From NCBI GenBank assembly GCA_963693365.1, contig CAVNZM010000014.1:4154001-4218000 (forward strand): 64,000 bases of DNA. Direction: 5' to 3'. Shown here in pieces: positions 32,622 through 55,300 of the stretch (positions within the stretch are counted from its first letter, which is position 1; each line of letters opens with the position of its first letter). The translations under genes and the position numbers were made by a program. The notes beneath the pieces were generated by a model. The model saw nothing but the letters and a program-made list of their open reading frames with translations. It ran no database searches and was not told where the DNA came from. This stretch comes from Amoebidium appalachense. Its lineage: Eukaryota > Protista > Ichthyosporea.

Positions 32622-35007
32622 GTGTGCCTGTTGCCTCTCCCTGTGCGTGTGTGTGTCTCACTGTGTCCTCTCACTGTGTGAGTATGCGCTCCCTGCACAG
32701 AGTTTCTGTGTGCGTTTGTCTTCGATGCGTGCTGTCACTGTGCACCTGCCCTATCCCTGCTGAGTGATCATGCGTATCGGCAAACATTTGGTCCCAATGT
32801 CACTCAACCTTGCGCGTTGGCTCTTTCTTAAGTGCGTGTCTAGTGTCGTGTGCGTGTTGGCTGCCAAACTATCTGGCGTGTGTCTGTGCAGGTGAATGGC
32901 TGGGCTCCTGTGTGTGCGTGTGCACGGCGCTTTGTGTGGAGGCCTGCCAGTAGTGAAGCCAAGGTGTGTGTGTGCTACTGTAGAGTGTTACGTCAACCCA
33001 CACATGTATGGTGTCGGACATCGTAGATTGACCCATCCAGAAAAATAGATCTTATAAATTTCGCGAATCAATAACTTCCCCTCCGTCTATCCTATTCGGG
33101 TAAAAGACACATTTTTCGATGCGTCCCATCAAGGGCTACAAACTGACGTCTCGAAACGTGAAAAAAAAAAAAAAAAAAACTGCAACTTTTTTTGATTTCC
33201 GCAAGCTCCTCACGGCACGGATCGCTCGTGCGAAGGTAGTAAGCTTCACATCGTGTCAAATATGTTTCAACAGGAGTCTGTGATCCATCCTGAGCGACCC
33301 TTCTTCTCTACTATAAAACTTTTTTACGGCCGACTTTCGAATACTTCCGCTATTGGCCTGCGCCCCACCTCGCGAGGCGGCAATGGCGCTGAACGAGTTC
33401 GACGATTTTTAGGGTACTGCGCTACGCACTTTGTTTCGTACTCGGTTTGTGCCTCCCTTAATCAGTATGTTTGGATTGTCGTCTGCTGTTTGTCGTATGG
33501 AGGAATTGTCTCTTCGTTTTTGTTTTCATTTAGTTAGGCTACCTGATGGTCACCCTCTTTATGCTTTCTTTCCCCCCCCTTCCTCCATCCCTCTTCCCCC
33601 CCGATTCACCAACGCTACTTCTGAATGTCCTCAGCCTACCCTCTTTCCACCTGATTCTTCCTCTCGCTATCTCACTCCCTCTTTCTTTTCTCTTCCTGTT
33701 TTTTCTGCCTTTTCGCGTTATTACCATACGCAGTATAAGTTTCTTTCTCGTTCTGATAGAGAAATCAAAGGTAAAACTCAGTCGGCATGTGTTATGTTCC
33801 TTAGGCAACACCGTACTGATCATTATCGCTTTTTGGGAGCTTTGGCAGGATACATTTCTCCTGCTGTACGTATGGATACCACCCTAGTAGATAAGTCTGT
33901 ATGGTGCTCTGATGTTGATATTGCCTGAAGTTGTGCAGTGGCGCTGTAATTCTTGTTTTCATCGCCGCTGGTGCCACTTTTGTGCTGACCTTTTTAATCG
34001 CAAGCATGTTGATAGGTGTGAATTTTTATGTCGCGTTTTACCTCTTTCCCTCCGGGTATCTGCTACACTAGCTGGCAATGTGAACACTTTAGACTTTTTG
34101 TTGAATTCTGTTGGTCGTCACATTGAGTATTTATATGATTTTCACACAGTGTTCAGGTATCTCAGTATGCACTTGTTACTGGATAACTCGTGAAGTTTTT
34201 ATTGTCTTCTCCGTATGCCGTGCATACTTGCATATCTTTCCGTTGAATAAATCCAGTCAAAAGAAAAAAAAAAAAACTTTTTTTCTCATTGAGAAATTTT
34301 TGGTCCATTTAGGGGGCTTGTGACGTCATCGATTTTTGCAAACGTGTTTCTCGAATATCCACGTATATACCTAAACTTTAGACGTTTCTTTGTGCAATCG
34401 ACATATCTCGACGAGGGCTGTCGTGTGATATTCTTGGAGTTAAAAAAAAAAAAAATTATGATTTTTTTTTTTTTTTCAGTCACTGCCAGGATCGAACTGC
34501 AGCCCAAAAATCCGAATCGAGCCATATACAGCCCTGAAGGGTTGGGTCTCAAAAAGACCTAAAGAATGCTAAACTTTACATTTTCAGACAGTACGTTCTG
34601 AAAATGTAAAGTTTTCAAAATTTTGCGGAACTACCATATATGGCATGCTACTATTTTTAGCAGCAGTGACGCAGTAATGACGTCATCTTCGGAGCTTTTA
34701 GGGGGCTTGTGATGTCATCACTTCTTAAATGATATATATCGCCAAAAAACTTCCGTGATGCCCGTGACGAGAGCTATCCAAAACCGTAACTATCATGTCC
34801 GTAGCGCGATCGCAACCCCCTGGATCTAGAGGGGTCAATCTACGATGCCCGACACCATACATGAACGGTGTCGACATGGTACCGCCTGGGTGAATGTGCT
34901 TTTCGATTTCCGGCTGTGCGTATATCAAGCTGTGACGGCGGCCGGAAATGACCGACTTGATCTAAAAATAGCAACCATCATCACTGAGCCATGCAGCTGG
35001 CGCCTGC

Positions 35008-36294
35008 ATGGCTGCTGCCCTGAGTGCAGGTCTGCCGTGCGCTCTCTCTCGTAAGTGTTCAACCGTACGGGCGCCCTTCCCTGCACCCACCGTACGCGCA
35101 GGCAAGACAACACCGCCAAGCACTGCCCAGGCAAAGCGCCAGCTTCATTTTGTTGCATATACCTTCCAGCCCCAATCACCAAGTGAGTAACTCTGCCTGC
35201 CGCAAAAACGGGAGTTAGTACCCACGTGACTAGGATTTTGGGGGGTAGGTGTGCAGGAGGACGGGCAAGGGTGCGGTGGAGGGTCGGGCGGGCGGGCGGG
35301 CGGGTGGATGGGTGGGTGGATGGGTTGGGTTGGTTGGAGTGCAGGAGGACGGGCAAGGGTACGGGTGTAGGGGCGTGTGGGCGGGTGTGCGCTCTCTCTC
35401 CGGGTGTGTGGATGGGTTGGGTTGGTGGGTGGGTGGGCGGGTAAATGGGTGGGCGTGTGGGTGGTAGATGTGTGAAAGGGTGGGCGGACGGACGTGCGGG
35501 TGGGGCGGGTGGATGGTTGGTGGGTGGGTGGGTGGGTGGATGGACGGATGGATGGATGGGTGTGGCGATGAGTCTGTGGGTGTGCCTTTGGCTGTGCTGT
35601 TTAGCAGTGTGCTGACGCAGGGCCACAGGCCACTATGAGCTACCGGCTGCCGTCGCTGGCCAGCCTGGCCGCCCTGCCCAAGCTCACCCCCACGGCCCTC
35701 AGCGACCTGCCGGCTGCCCGGCGCACAGCCAAGCTGCTTGGGCGAGGGCCGGGCAGTGGCAAGGGCAAGACGGCGGCCCGGGGCCACAAGGGCCAGGGCA
35801 AGACCGGCACGGGCAAGGGCCCGGGCTTCGAGGGCGGGCAGACACCCATTCACCGGCTGCTGCCCAAGCACGGCTTCACAAACGTCTTCCGCACCGAGTA
35901 CACGCCCCTCAACGTGGGCCGCCTGCAGTTGTGGGTGGACCAGGGCCGGCTCGACCCGACCCGACCCGTGACCCAGCACGCCCTTGCAGCGGCCGGGCTT
36001 GTGAAGGGCGCAGCCACGCAGGGGGTTAAGCTGCTGGGCAGTGGGCAGCTGGCAGCGCCCCTGCAGGTCGAGGTGGCACGGGCCTCACGGTCGGCCATAG
36101 AGGCCGTGGAGAGGGCCGGGGGCAGTGTGCTGTGTGTCTACCGAAGCAGCACAGCCCAGCGCGCTCACGTGCTGCCTGACCGCTACCCGGTGGCCCCAAG
36201 ACCTGCAAGGCCCACACGGCCAAGAGACCTGCAGTGGTACAGCAAGTGGGAGAACAGGGGGTACCTGGCCCCACAGGCACAGGCAAAGGCATAG
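35008..36294 (+). CDS. MRPL15: Mitochondrial ribosomal protein uL15m (main exon 35621-36294; upstream targeting exons uncertain)
   Basis: LGRGPGSGKGKTAARGHKGQ, GFEGGQTPIHRLLPKHGF, GVKLLGSG, ASRSAIEAVERAGG and C-terminal WYSKWENRGYL of mitochondrial L15. Confidence 0.9.
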
Positions 36295-36564
36295 CAGGGG
36301 CAAGGGTTTATCGACACATACGCAAATGAACTATAGGCACAAAAACACAGTGACACAGAGGCAGAGACACACACAAGGGACGGGCATGGCTGGCCATGCA
36401 ACACATCCACTTGTGGACCGGTAACCGAATGAATCCGGTGGCAACCCCATACCAAGTTTAAGCTGCAGTGCTCTTGGTGGCACAGCCCCGTTGGCTTGTT
36501 GGATCTGTGCAAGGTGCTAGCGCACACGCACACAACACACACAAGCGCAACACACTCGCGCGCG

Positions 36565-36610
<46 letters not shown>

Positions 36611-37285
36611 GGCATGCAGACATACAGACAGACAAGCACAACCGGTTGTAAGTTTTTGAAGGGCATGCGCGTGGCCGCACATTCGCGATCGTATGCACAC
36701 ACACACATAAGACACACATAGACGACCACATAAATACAACAAATACACATACCCACCCACATCCTAACACCCACACCCGCACCCGAGCGAGCGAGCACGC
36801 GTGCACGCGCGCACACACACACATACACACACACCCACAGACACACACACAGACACACACACACCGACAGACAAGCACAACCGGCTGAAATGTGCATGGC
36901 ATGCAAGTGCACACACACACGAGCATATGCACACACATGGCCACACAAATAATACAAACATATCGGCCACACGCATACAATACACCACCCACCCCATTAC
37001 ACACGCACTTTTGCTTGCGCTCCAGCCCGCACACACAAACACACACAGACACAGGCACAGGCACACACTCAAGTACATGATCCTCCCCCCCGGCCCTCCC
37101 TTCTGCCCGCAAGCCACACATGAACACACATGCACACACATGTAAGAAACACACACGCACGCGCACACACATACACACACACTCACACACACACATACAC
37201 ATACGCACACTGCACTGCCGATAGTACACACATGTAAGAAACATACATGCACACGCACACGGACACACGCAAGCACACACGCACG

Positions 37286-37316
<31 letters not shown>

Positions 37317-37995
37317 GCACACACATACACACACACAGCACCCCCAAACGTGGCCAGGATCTTGAGATATAGCACGAATAGCACAATGCAATGTTGTTTT
37401 TTTCCTATGGCACCCCCCGACACCTCCCTGTGTCCGTCACAGGTCAAGATGGCCACAGCATAGTGTTTGGCTCAACCACTAGTCTGCATGTGGCAACGGC
37501 ATGCATGTATTCGCATTGTATGTTGATTTCCCAAGATGTGGACATGCCATTTATGGTGAACACCAATCAGTGCGCTGGTTTTATCGCTTTGATACGCCGT
37601 GAACCGCCTATTGGCGTCAATGTGCCAGTGGTCACATATATAGATAGGGCTGACAAGACCCTCATTCATCTGATCAGGCAAAGGTGAAATGGTGACAAGT
37701 CTGATAGCCCACACGCATGCATGCATGACTGGGGTGATACCGGGTTGGAGACAGTCTCACACATACACACTAGCTAAACGTTTGCCAGGGATTGCCAAAG
37801 CACATGCACACGCCCAAACCCATGGCACGCCGTGTCCTGCCCTTTCACACGTGCGCACATACACCCCATACGTGCCATACACTGCACCTGTGCAGGTGGT
37901 GCTGGTGCACAGTGCGCTGCAAGAGACCTGCTACAGCACAAGGCCCGGCATACGTGATCACACACCAGACACATTAACGTTACGGCCAAATGGCC

Positions 37996-46590
<8,595 letters not shown>

Positions 46591-47168
46591 GGTGCCGCCT
46601 AGCGCTCTGTCGCCACCACCCTGCACGCGTATAGCTTATGCTGGCGAGGCCGATGGATTTCGGTTGATATTCCTCGAGGATCGGTCGGTTACCTTTAGCT
46701 ACACTCTTCGTTTCGAAGGCACGTTTACCTCCACCCTTTATAACTGGTTGTAGCCTACCTCAGTTACTGCAAATAAGATGGATCACTTGGCAAAGTTTAC
46801 AAACATACCGCGCCCACGCTGCTACTTTAGGAATGCAGCGGCATTAAGTGCACGGCCATTCCATTGGCTGCACCGTGAGCCCATTTGCATACCATTGCTG
46901 AGCCGCCATCACACACTCGAGTGCCTCGGCACGGCAACGGTCACCAGTCAGACAGTCAAAGTGTCGACCTTGAAGGTGTGCACAGTGGCTGGGTACGGCC
47001 AAACGCCCAGCGGGCAAATACAAAACAATGCATCTATGTGGATAGCTCGTTTGTATTTAGGCCGTGCCTCGAATAGTGAACCGTCGCAGACGACGTACGG
47101 CGCAGAGGGCCCTCTGCAGGCCGCCCAGTGCCTCCAACCACCCCCCCTGACCGCCAGTGCCGCTGACC

Positions 47169-49170
47169 ATGGCTAGCCTGCACAACCTGCGGGTGCTGTT
47201 TTTCGGCTTTGTCTGGCCAGAACCCTTCAGCTCGGCTGCCGGCGTGCGCACCTGTACGGGCCTGAGGGAGGTGTTCGGCCTGCCCGGCTGCTGACGTCGA
47301 CGGGCACACAGGGCAGCTGGTGGACCTGTTCAAGCGTGCCGGTGCCCAGGTGGCCTTCTGTGCGGCCGGCAAACCGAACAGGGCCCAGCAGGCCTTGGAC
47401 GGTGCGCCTGCACTGCTACGGGGTGGGCCCGCGGGTCGGGTGCTGATGGGTGCGTGCAGCTGCCGGGGTGCAGACATACCGCTGCGGGCCAAACAACGAG
47501 GCCCAGGCCCGCAGCGTGCTGCAGGCGGCCCGGCCCGACCTGGTGGTGTTCGACCGGTTTGTGGTCGAGGAGCAGTACTCCCACTTTGTGCACACACACT
47601 GCCCTGATGCCGCCCGGGTGCTGGGTATGGCCCCTGCGGCCCGGCCTTGGCTATGCCCTGCGCCTGCTCACGGGCAGGGCAGACACACAGGACCTGCACA
47701 GTCTGCGTCTGGGCCGCCAGGACGCCCTGGCCGAGGGTGGGTGCCTGCTGGCGTGCTGGCCAGAGAGGGGGCTGGGCTGATATTGGGCCCAGGCCACAGC
47801 CTGGCCAAGCTGGCACAGCACCGGCCTCCGGCCAGTTCTGCACTGTTTATGCGGGAGCTGGCGGCCATACAGCGCAGTGACCTGACCCTGCTGGTGTCAA
47901 CCCACGAGGAGCACCTGCTGGCACAGGTGCCAACCCGCCCCCCTGCCAGGCTGCTGGGCGGCTGCTGAGGCTTAGGGCAGGTGCTGGGGGCCGTGCCGGG
48001 TTGGAAGCTGGCGCAGGCACCGTTTCTCTACGATGTGGCCAAGCCCTTGCCGGCACTGCCCGGGTTTGGCCAGCGCCGTGGCTTTGTGGTGCTGGGCAAC
48101 TTCCGCCACCCCCCTGTGAGTGCCCACCTTGGGCCGAGCAAGGTGGGGGAGGGCCTGCGCTGACAGCCCGTTCGGATACAGAATCGTGACGCAGCGCAGT
48201 GGCTGGCCAAAGACGTGTGGCCACTGATCCGTGAAAGGTAGCCCAATCCCTCCCCTGCCTGCCTGTTAGGTGGGGTGCAGGGAACCAAGCACCGTGTGGC
48301 CACTGCAGGCTGCCCTCGGCCACCTGCCACGTGTACGGGGCATACCCGGCCCCCTGCGACTTTGCCCTGGCCAACAAGGTGCGTGGGACTGGAGACTAGC
48401 TGGGCGCTGGGCCTGACCGGGGGGCAGGGTGAGGGGCTGCACGTGGCCGGGGTGTTGGGGGAGCTGGGCCCGGTGCTGCGGCAGGCACGGGTGCTGCTGG
48501 CACCGGTGCGCTACGGGGCAGGCATCAAGGGCAAGGTCACGGACGCCTGGCTGCACGGCCTGCCCGTCTGCACAACCCCGCTGGGCGCAGAGGGCATGCA
48601 CGGGGAAGGGGGGCCAGAGGGGGAGAGGCAGCACTGGGGTGGACTGTGGGAGGCAGTGGATGCCCAACAGCTGGCAAGCCAGGCCGTCAGACTGCACACC
48701 GACCAGGGTGTGTGTATGTGTATGTGTGGGTGTGTGTGGGTGATTGGGTGTTGGTGTGGGTGTGTGAGGGGATGGGTGAGTGGGGGGGAGGGGGGGGGAA
48801 GCTAAAAGGGTGTGGGCCTGCAGGGCTGTGGGAGTCGTGCCAGAGTGCCGGCTGGCAGCTGCTGCACGGCCACTTCAGCCGGGCGGCGCACGAGGGCCCA
48901 CTGCTGCACACGCTGTCGGGCCTGGTGGGGGGCCTGGCCGGGCGGCGGCAGGAGGACTACGGGCAGGCGCTGCTGTGGGCCACGGGGCAGCGCAGCACCG
49001 AGTACATGGCCCGCTGGCTGGAATGCAAGGCCGCCCTGCGCGCCACCCAGCAGGGGCAGGGGTATGGCCGTGTGTGTGTGTGTGTTGCTGTGTGTTACCA
49101 GTTGCGTAGGCCATTCTTGCAACAGACAGCGCACAGCCAAGTATGCCTTTGGTCTGCCAACTCCATATAG
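47169..49170 (+). CDS. GT-B fold (GT4-like) glycosyltransferase, multi-exon
   Basis: VWPEPFSSAAGVRT, PDLVVFDRFVVEEQY, DTQDLHSLR, GNFRHPPNRDA, ARVLLAPVRYGAGIKGKVTDAW, CTTPLGAEGM, STEYMARWLECK. Confidence 0.85.
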
Positions 49171-49340
49171 ATCTGTCGTTTCCTGGCACACCTCAGCTGG
49201 TGGCCTGGGGTTTATTGCTGATGGGCCGTGGCAGGGTGGGATAGGCGGCAGGGGCCGAGGGCCATGCTGTTGGGCCTGTCTGCCTGCAGCTGGCGAGCAA
49301 ATAAAGCAGCAGGGGCCCAGCCACCTGCAGCATGGCTGCG

Positions 49341-50155
49341 CTATGGCTCCAGCACCACCTCGGTGTGGAACTCTCCGTTCTCTCTGCACGGCCCCTCTGC
49401 TTTTAGCAAACACCCCCCTTCCCCCCCCCTCCTCTCCTTCCCCCCTCTCCACCGGGCCGGGTCAACACACCCCATGGTGTCTATGTCTGGGGGCAGGCCG
49501 GCCACAAATTCAGGTGTGTATGCTGCGCCCACCTGCAGGGCACCCCCCCTGTCTCCCTGCGGGGTGCTGCTGAGCCGCACGGTCACGCCACTGGCCCACA
49601 GGTCAGAGAGCAGCTCGGAGTAGGGCCGTCCAAACAGGGGGAAGTGGCAGGGGTAGTGCTGCAAACACGTTCATTCAGCATCCTCCCACCCCTCCCCACC
49701 CTAGCTTCCCCCCTCACGGCAGGCACGAACAGGCCCAAAGGCAGCCTGGCGCCAGGCCCGTATAGACTCCACGTGCAGGTCGCCAAACACCAGCCGTCGC
49801 ACCCGCCAACCGGCCGGCAGCTGTGCCAACCCTGCAAGCACGTGCTGCACGTAGCCTGTCCCGCCCTGTGGCTCGTTGTCAGCCCCCTCTTCCCCTTGGG
49901 GCTATGCATAACCAAGGGCTGTGTGCAGACCGGGAGGTCACCTGGTGGCTGGGGGGCAAGGGCACGGCTATGAGGTCTGTGCACAGGGCACGGGCCTGCT
50001 GCAAGATTGTGTCTATGTGCAGCCCCTGCTGCGACAGTATGCCCTCGCCGGCCACAAACGTCGTCAGCAGCACCACACACTCTGACCCCAGACTGCGCAG
50101 TGCCAGGTACGAGTCCTTGCCCTGCCACGCCTCCGTAAGTCCTCCCCGATACGGT

Positions 50156-50191
<36 letters not shown>

Positions 50192-50608
50192 GCCGTACGC
50201 CGCTCCAAAACATCACGTCAACCAGCTGGTCTGCCGGTGGGGCCTGCAGCAAATTGGGGCGTCAGTCAGTGCCCGCCACTGCTGGCTCTGGTTTGGGGCC
50301 AGGCCACCTTTTTGCGGTCGGCAGCCAGCCGCACAAACGTGGGTGTGTCTATGGTCGTGCTGCGGCGCTCCCGGGCAGACACGTACACGTGGCCGTAGGG
50401 ACAGTGCCTGCACGCGTTGCCACAGCACCAGCCACGCCGGCGGTGTGCCAGCTCCGTGAAGACGCTGTAGCTGCCGGACCACTGCACGGTCAGCACGTGC
50501 CCCGCCACATCCCCCCTGCCCTCCTCACCCCGTGGCTGGGTCCGCATAGGTGTCTTTGCCGGCTTCCACGGCAGCGGCGTGGGCCTCCTCTATGTCCAGC
50601 GCAGCCAT
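49341..50608 (-). CDS. C1orf53/DUF5522-like Cys-rich domain fused to a Dph6/MJ0570-like PP-loop ATPase (alternative start 50662)
   Basis: [32 protein letters not shown], then WSG|GKDSYLAL, LVFGDLHVESIRAWR, GENGEFHT. Confidence 0.85.
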
Positions 50609-51377
50609 GCGTGTCCGTGCATGCGCCCAGGTGGCGTTTAGTAGGTGGCGGCGCGCACGCATATACACAGAGCGAGGCACTCGCTTTCTTGTGAGACGCG
50701 GACTAAAACGCGGATTCTTGCAAACATTCACAGACAGTTCGCAGTAGTAGGGCCCATAGCCAGCTCAGTGGATCCCCCAGGATTTCATGATCATGATGTG
50801 GGGTGTCCTGTAAATTTTGTGCCCGGGATTTTTTTTTTTAAGTCCTTGAAGTTTTTGTACATATATATCTATGACTCAGCCAAATTAACCACATTCCCCC
50901 TCAATCAATATAGGGGTACTTTGTTTGAGAACCTTAAATGTCTTTTTTTTAGTGTACTCCGGGAGTTTACCACATAAAGACAAAACACAGTCTTATATCT
51001 GTATGTCTGTACCGTCCAAAGGTTATCTTGGCCGCAGTCGCAAGGTGAGAGAAAACTGAGGGGATTATCAAGGTGCACAGGCAGCCAATCAAACGTATTG
51101 GCGCGAACCTGGTGCACGCTCAGCCAATCAAAATAGGTGAGTGTTTGCGCAACCTTGGGGATCCGCCAGCCTATGACCCCTTGAGTGTGCGAAGCAGCTC
51201 ACGTTGAGCTCTATGCTATCTCCGCTTGCCCCAGTTTCTCAAACTGTGCCTGGTTTCGCTTTGCGTACATGTATAAGCCGCCATGAAACATGGCTGGCAT
51301 CGTTCTGACTAAGAAGTACTAACAATAACAGTTCCTCCTACGCCATACCCATATGTGCCAGCACGCACCCTGCTACT

Positions 51378-52270
51378 ATGGACGTAGCTGCGCACTGCCT
51401 GCGGCAGCACGAGCTGCTAGACCAGGAGGAGCAGGCACGGCCCCCTGCCCCTGCGCCCTGCCTGCCCTGCCCTGGTGCTGACTGGCTGCCCTCAGGCCGA
51501 CGTGGGTGAGGGCCAGGCGCTGCGCCAGCGGCTGAGGGGCGAGCAGCTGCAGCAGAGGGGCCTGGCACTGCTGCGGGTGCAGGTGCGTGCCGGCAACAGG
51601 GTCTCCGGGAGGGGGCTGGCTGGCTGACCGGTGCGCGCAGGCCGTTGGGCTGCGCACCGGGCTGGGTGGCCGGTGTCTGGTGGACTTTGAGCGCCCAGGT
51701 ACGTTATAGGGAGCCCCTGGGGAGGAGGGGAGGGGCTGGTGGAGGGGGGGAGGGGAGGAGGGAGGGAGGGAGGCGGGGAGGGCTGCCAGACACTGACTGA
51801 CCGGCACAGGGGCGCTGGGCGATAAGCTGCCTGCGCACCGCATAGCTGTGGGTGACATACTGAGCATAGCGCCGGCACAGGTGCGCTATGCTTGTACAGT
51901 CACGTGCTAGAAACGTGTACTTCTGCTTGTAGATGTGCGTATCGGTGTATGTGTCTACGTGCATGGACTTGCACGTGTGTTTGTGTGCTTGTGTGCACCC
52001 ACTGTCAGGTGTGTGCAGGCGCTGGGTGCCACATCGCACAACGTACGAAGAGAGAGAATAGTGACTTAAATAACTGGGCAGGCAAGACAAAGGGGGGGTC
52101 GCATCGCAAAGGATAGCAGCCAGGGTACAGGTGAGGGCTGTAGGCCGGAGTGTTTTTTGTTTTTTTTTTGGTTTTCTTTCTTTCTTTTTTTTTGCCTCTC
52201 TTTTCTCTAGTTGTTCTCTTCATCATCGTTTTTTTTTTCATCCTTCTCTTTTTGGAGGGTGGGGAGGGGG

Positions 52271-52311
<41 letters not shown>

Positions 52312-55300
52312 GGGGGGGAGGGGGAGGGAGGGAGACATACGGGGTCATCATCTTTTTTTTTTCATCCTCCTTTTTTTTTGGAGTGGGGGATGGGGTGGGA
52401 GGGGATTGGGGGGGTTGCGGGAAGGGGGGAGACATACGGGGCCCATGTTCTTGCCGGGGGCGCCGGAGCTCCAGGAAAGGCGGGGAGGGGGGGGGGGGAG
52501 GGGGGGGGGGAAGGGGGCTGGAAGTGGGGAGGGCTGAGATGAGACACAGAGAACAATGTGACTGGGGTGGTGGCCCGGGTGACGGACAGCCGGGTGACGC
52601 TGGCGCTGGAAGTGGAGCTGCCCGACCACCTGGTGTGTGCCTGTGTGGCTGTGTGTGTGTCTGGTGTGTGTTTGTGTTTGTCTGTATGTGTTCGGATCTG
52701 GTATGTGTCTGTGGGTGAGCGTGTGTCTGGTGTGTGTCTGTGTTTGTCTGTATGTGTTCGGGTCTGGTGTGTCTGTATGTGTCTGGGTCTGGTGTGTGTC
52801 TGTATGTGTCTGGGTCTGTGTGTGTTTTTTTGAGACTGTATGTGTTAGTAAGTGACTGTGTGTGTCTGCATGTGTTTGTATGTGACTGTGTGTGTCTGTC
52901 TGTGTGCTTCTATATGTGTCTCTGTGTCTGTTTGTGTCTGTATTTGTCTGTTTGTGTCCGTTTGTGTCTGTATGCCTCTGTCTGTCTGTGTGTGTCTGGG
53001 TGTGTCTGGGTCTGATGTGTGTCTGGTGTGTGTCTGTGTCCGTGTCCGTGTATGTCCGTATGTGTCTAGGTTTTAGGCCAAGGATCAGTGCAGCATGGCT
53101 AATGATAGACTGTGTGCACACCAAGGCCAGCAGACACTTCAATGCACCCATACATGCACGATGTAGTTAGCAGGACTTAATAAACATGTGTGACTGTGTA
53201 TCTTCCACGACAAGACACACTCGTTCTTGATAGTTTTAACTCTGCGCACTGACAAAACGAACCCTTACACTTATGTTCAAATGAAAGCTGTTCTCTTCTC
53301 CATCAAGCTGTATCATTTGCTTGTTAGTGGCCCGTACGTAGCAGAAGCTGATATATATGTTTTTTTTTGACACATTTCGAAGGATTGGAATTAACTTGGA
53401 AATAGATCGATTGATAATCATCAAATGGATCTTGTGGCAGATCAAACTGTAAATTTATATTGTGTGCTCGCTGACCAATAGGTATTGAAACTAGGTCAGT
53501 CGATGCCAATCGAACTTTTTACTTGGTTTGTATGCTCGTGAACGATACATACATTTGGGCACACCATATATTTGCTAGTTACCGGGGCACACCATATATT
53601 TGCTAGTTACTGGGGCACACCATATATTTGCTAGTTACCGGGGCACACCATATCTTTGCTAGTCACCGGGGCACACCATATATTTGCTAGCTACCGGGGC
53701 ACACCATATATTCGCTAGTTACCGGGGCACACCATATCTTTGCTAGTTACCGGGGCACACCATATATTTGCTAGCTACCGGGGCACACCATATATTTGCT
53801 AGTTACCGGGGCACACCATATATTTGCTAGTTACCGGGGCACACCATATATTTGCTAGTTACCGGGGCACACCATATATTTGCTAGTTACCGGGGCACAC
53901 CATATATTTGCTAGCTACCGGGGCACTATATGCATGTGCTAGTGAGCATGTGCACCATACAGCACCCCATACAAGGCATGGATATACTAGTGGTGCACAA
54001 CAGGCATCATGCCGACATCTCATCAAACATTGCAGCATACATCTCACCATACTTACCCCATACATGGCACCATGTATGCACGAGGCCAACTAACACGACC
54101 TTGATGGCTGGCGACATGCCCACCCTGTTGGCGTGGGATTGCAGGCCGGGGCTGTGCGTCTGGACCGGGTGGCCAACCGTGTGAGCTATGCCCGCATGCA
54201 TGCAGCCATCGACACATTGGCCAAGTGCTGGTCCGGGCACCCCCAACATGCACACATGCATACATGCACGTTAATGCACATGTGCACAGGTGCACACGTT
54301 AATGCATAAATGGACACATGAGATGCACACATATGCACATATGCACATATGCACACGTGCACACATGCACACATGACATATACACATGCACACATGACAT
54401 ATACACATGCACATATGACATATACACATGCACGCATGCAGACTGCGCTTGTTGGGTGGCTCCCTTGGACCCAGGCTCGTATGACACGAGCCTGGCCACG
54501 AGTAAGTAGTGTGGGAAGTGGAATGTTGTTGAACCTGTGTGTTGCTGCATGCACTGGCATACCCCATGCCATCACATGGCCTGCACGGTGCACCCTTGTA
54601 CCTGCACACCCTCTGACCATGCAGGGGGCTGCAGGCAGGCTAGCCCGGGTGAGGGGCTGCTAGGGGTGCTGCTGGGCCATGTGGCCCCGATCTTCACCCA
54701 GGTGGGTGCCTGCAGCCCATTGGCCAGCTGGCTGGGTCACGTGATGCCATGCACACTTTCATCAGCTCGATGAATCTGAGCAGCCATAAAGGGGATTTAT
54801 GAATGATAGTTGTGCCGGCCTAGTGTTGTTATGCATGATGGTTATGCCTATGTTTGTGGATGTACGCGACACTGCCATGTGTGATGATGGTTGTGGACTT
54901 CATATGGTGTATTGTCAAGTGATGCCTGCATTGCTATGTGCCACTGTTACAGACACCCCAAAAGTTGCGAAACATCTGGTTGGTGGTGAGCTGGTTGTTG
55001 GCTATGCACATGGGGTGCGAGCAGATATGAACTCAACAACTGCCATTGAACTTTGGTCGCATGACTGCCCGTGGTATCTACCCACTCTGGGACCAAACAC
55101 TGGGCACTATTGGATAGGCAAATATAGCCACTATATGCTGCTTACATAGTGCATGTGCAACATCGACTTGGTATCGGCATGCCTGAGTGCATGCAGACCG
55201 GATAATACACTGGAACATCACACGCAGACAGTTGAGATGTGTGAGCCAGATCAGATGTGGTCTTGATTAGACCTTCTAAGATTATTTTAGTGTTAAATGC

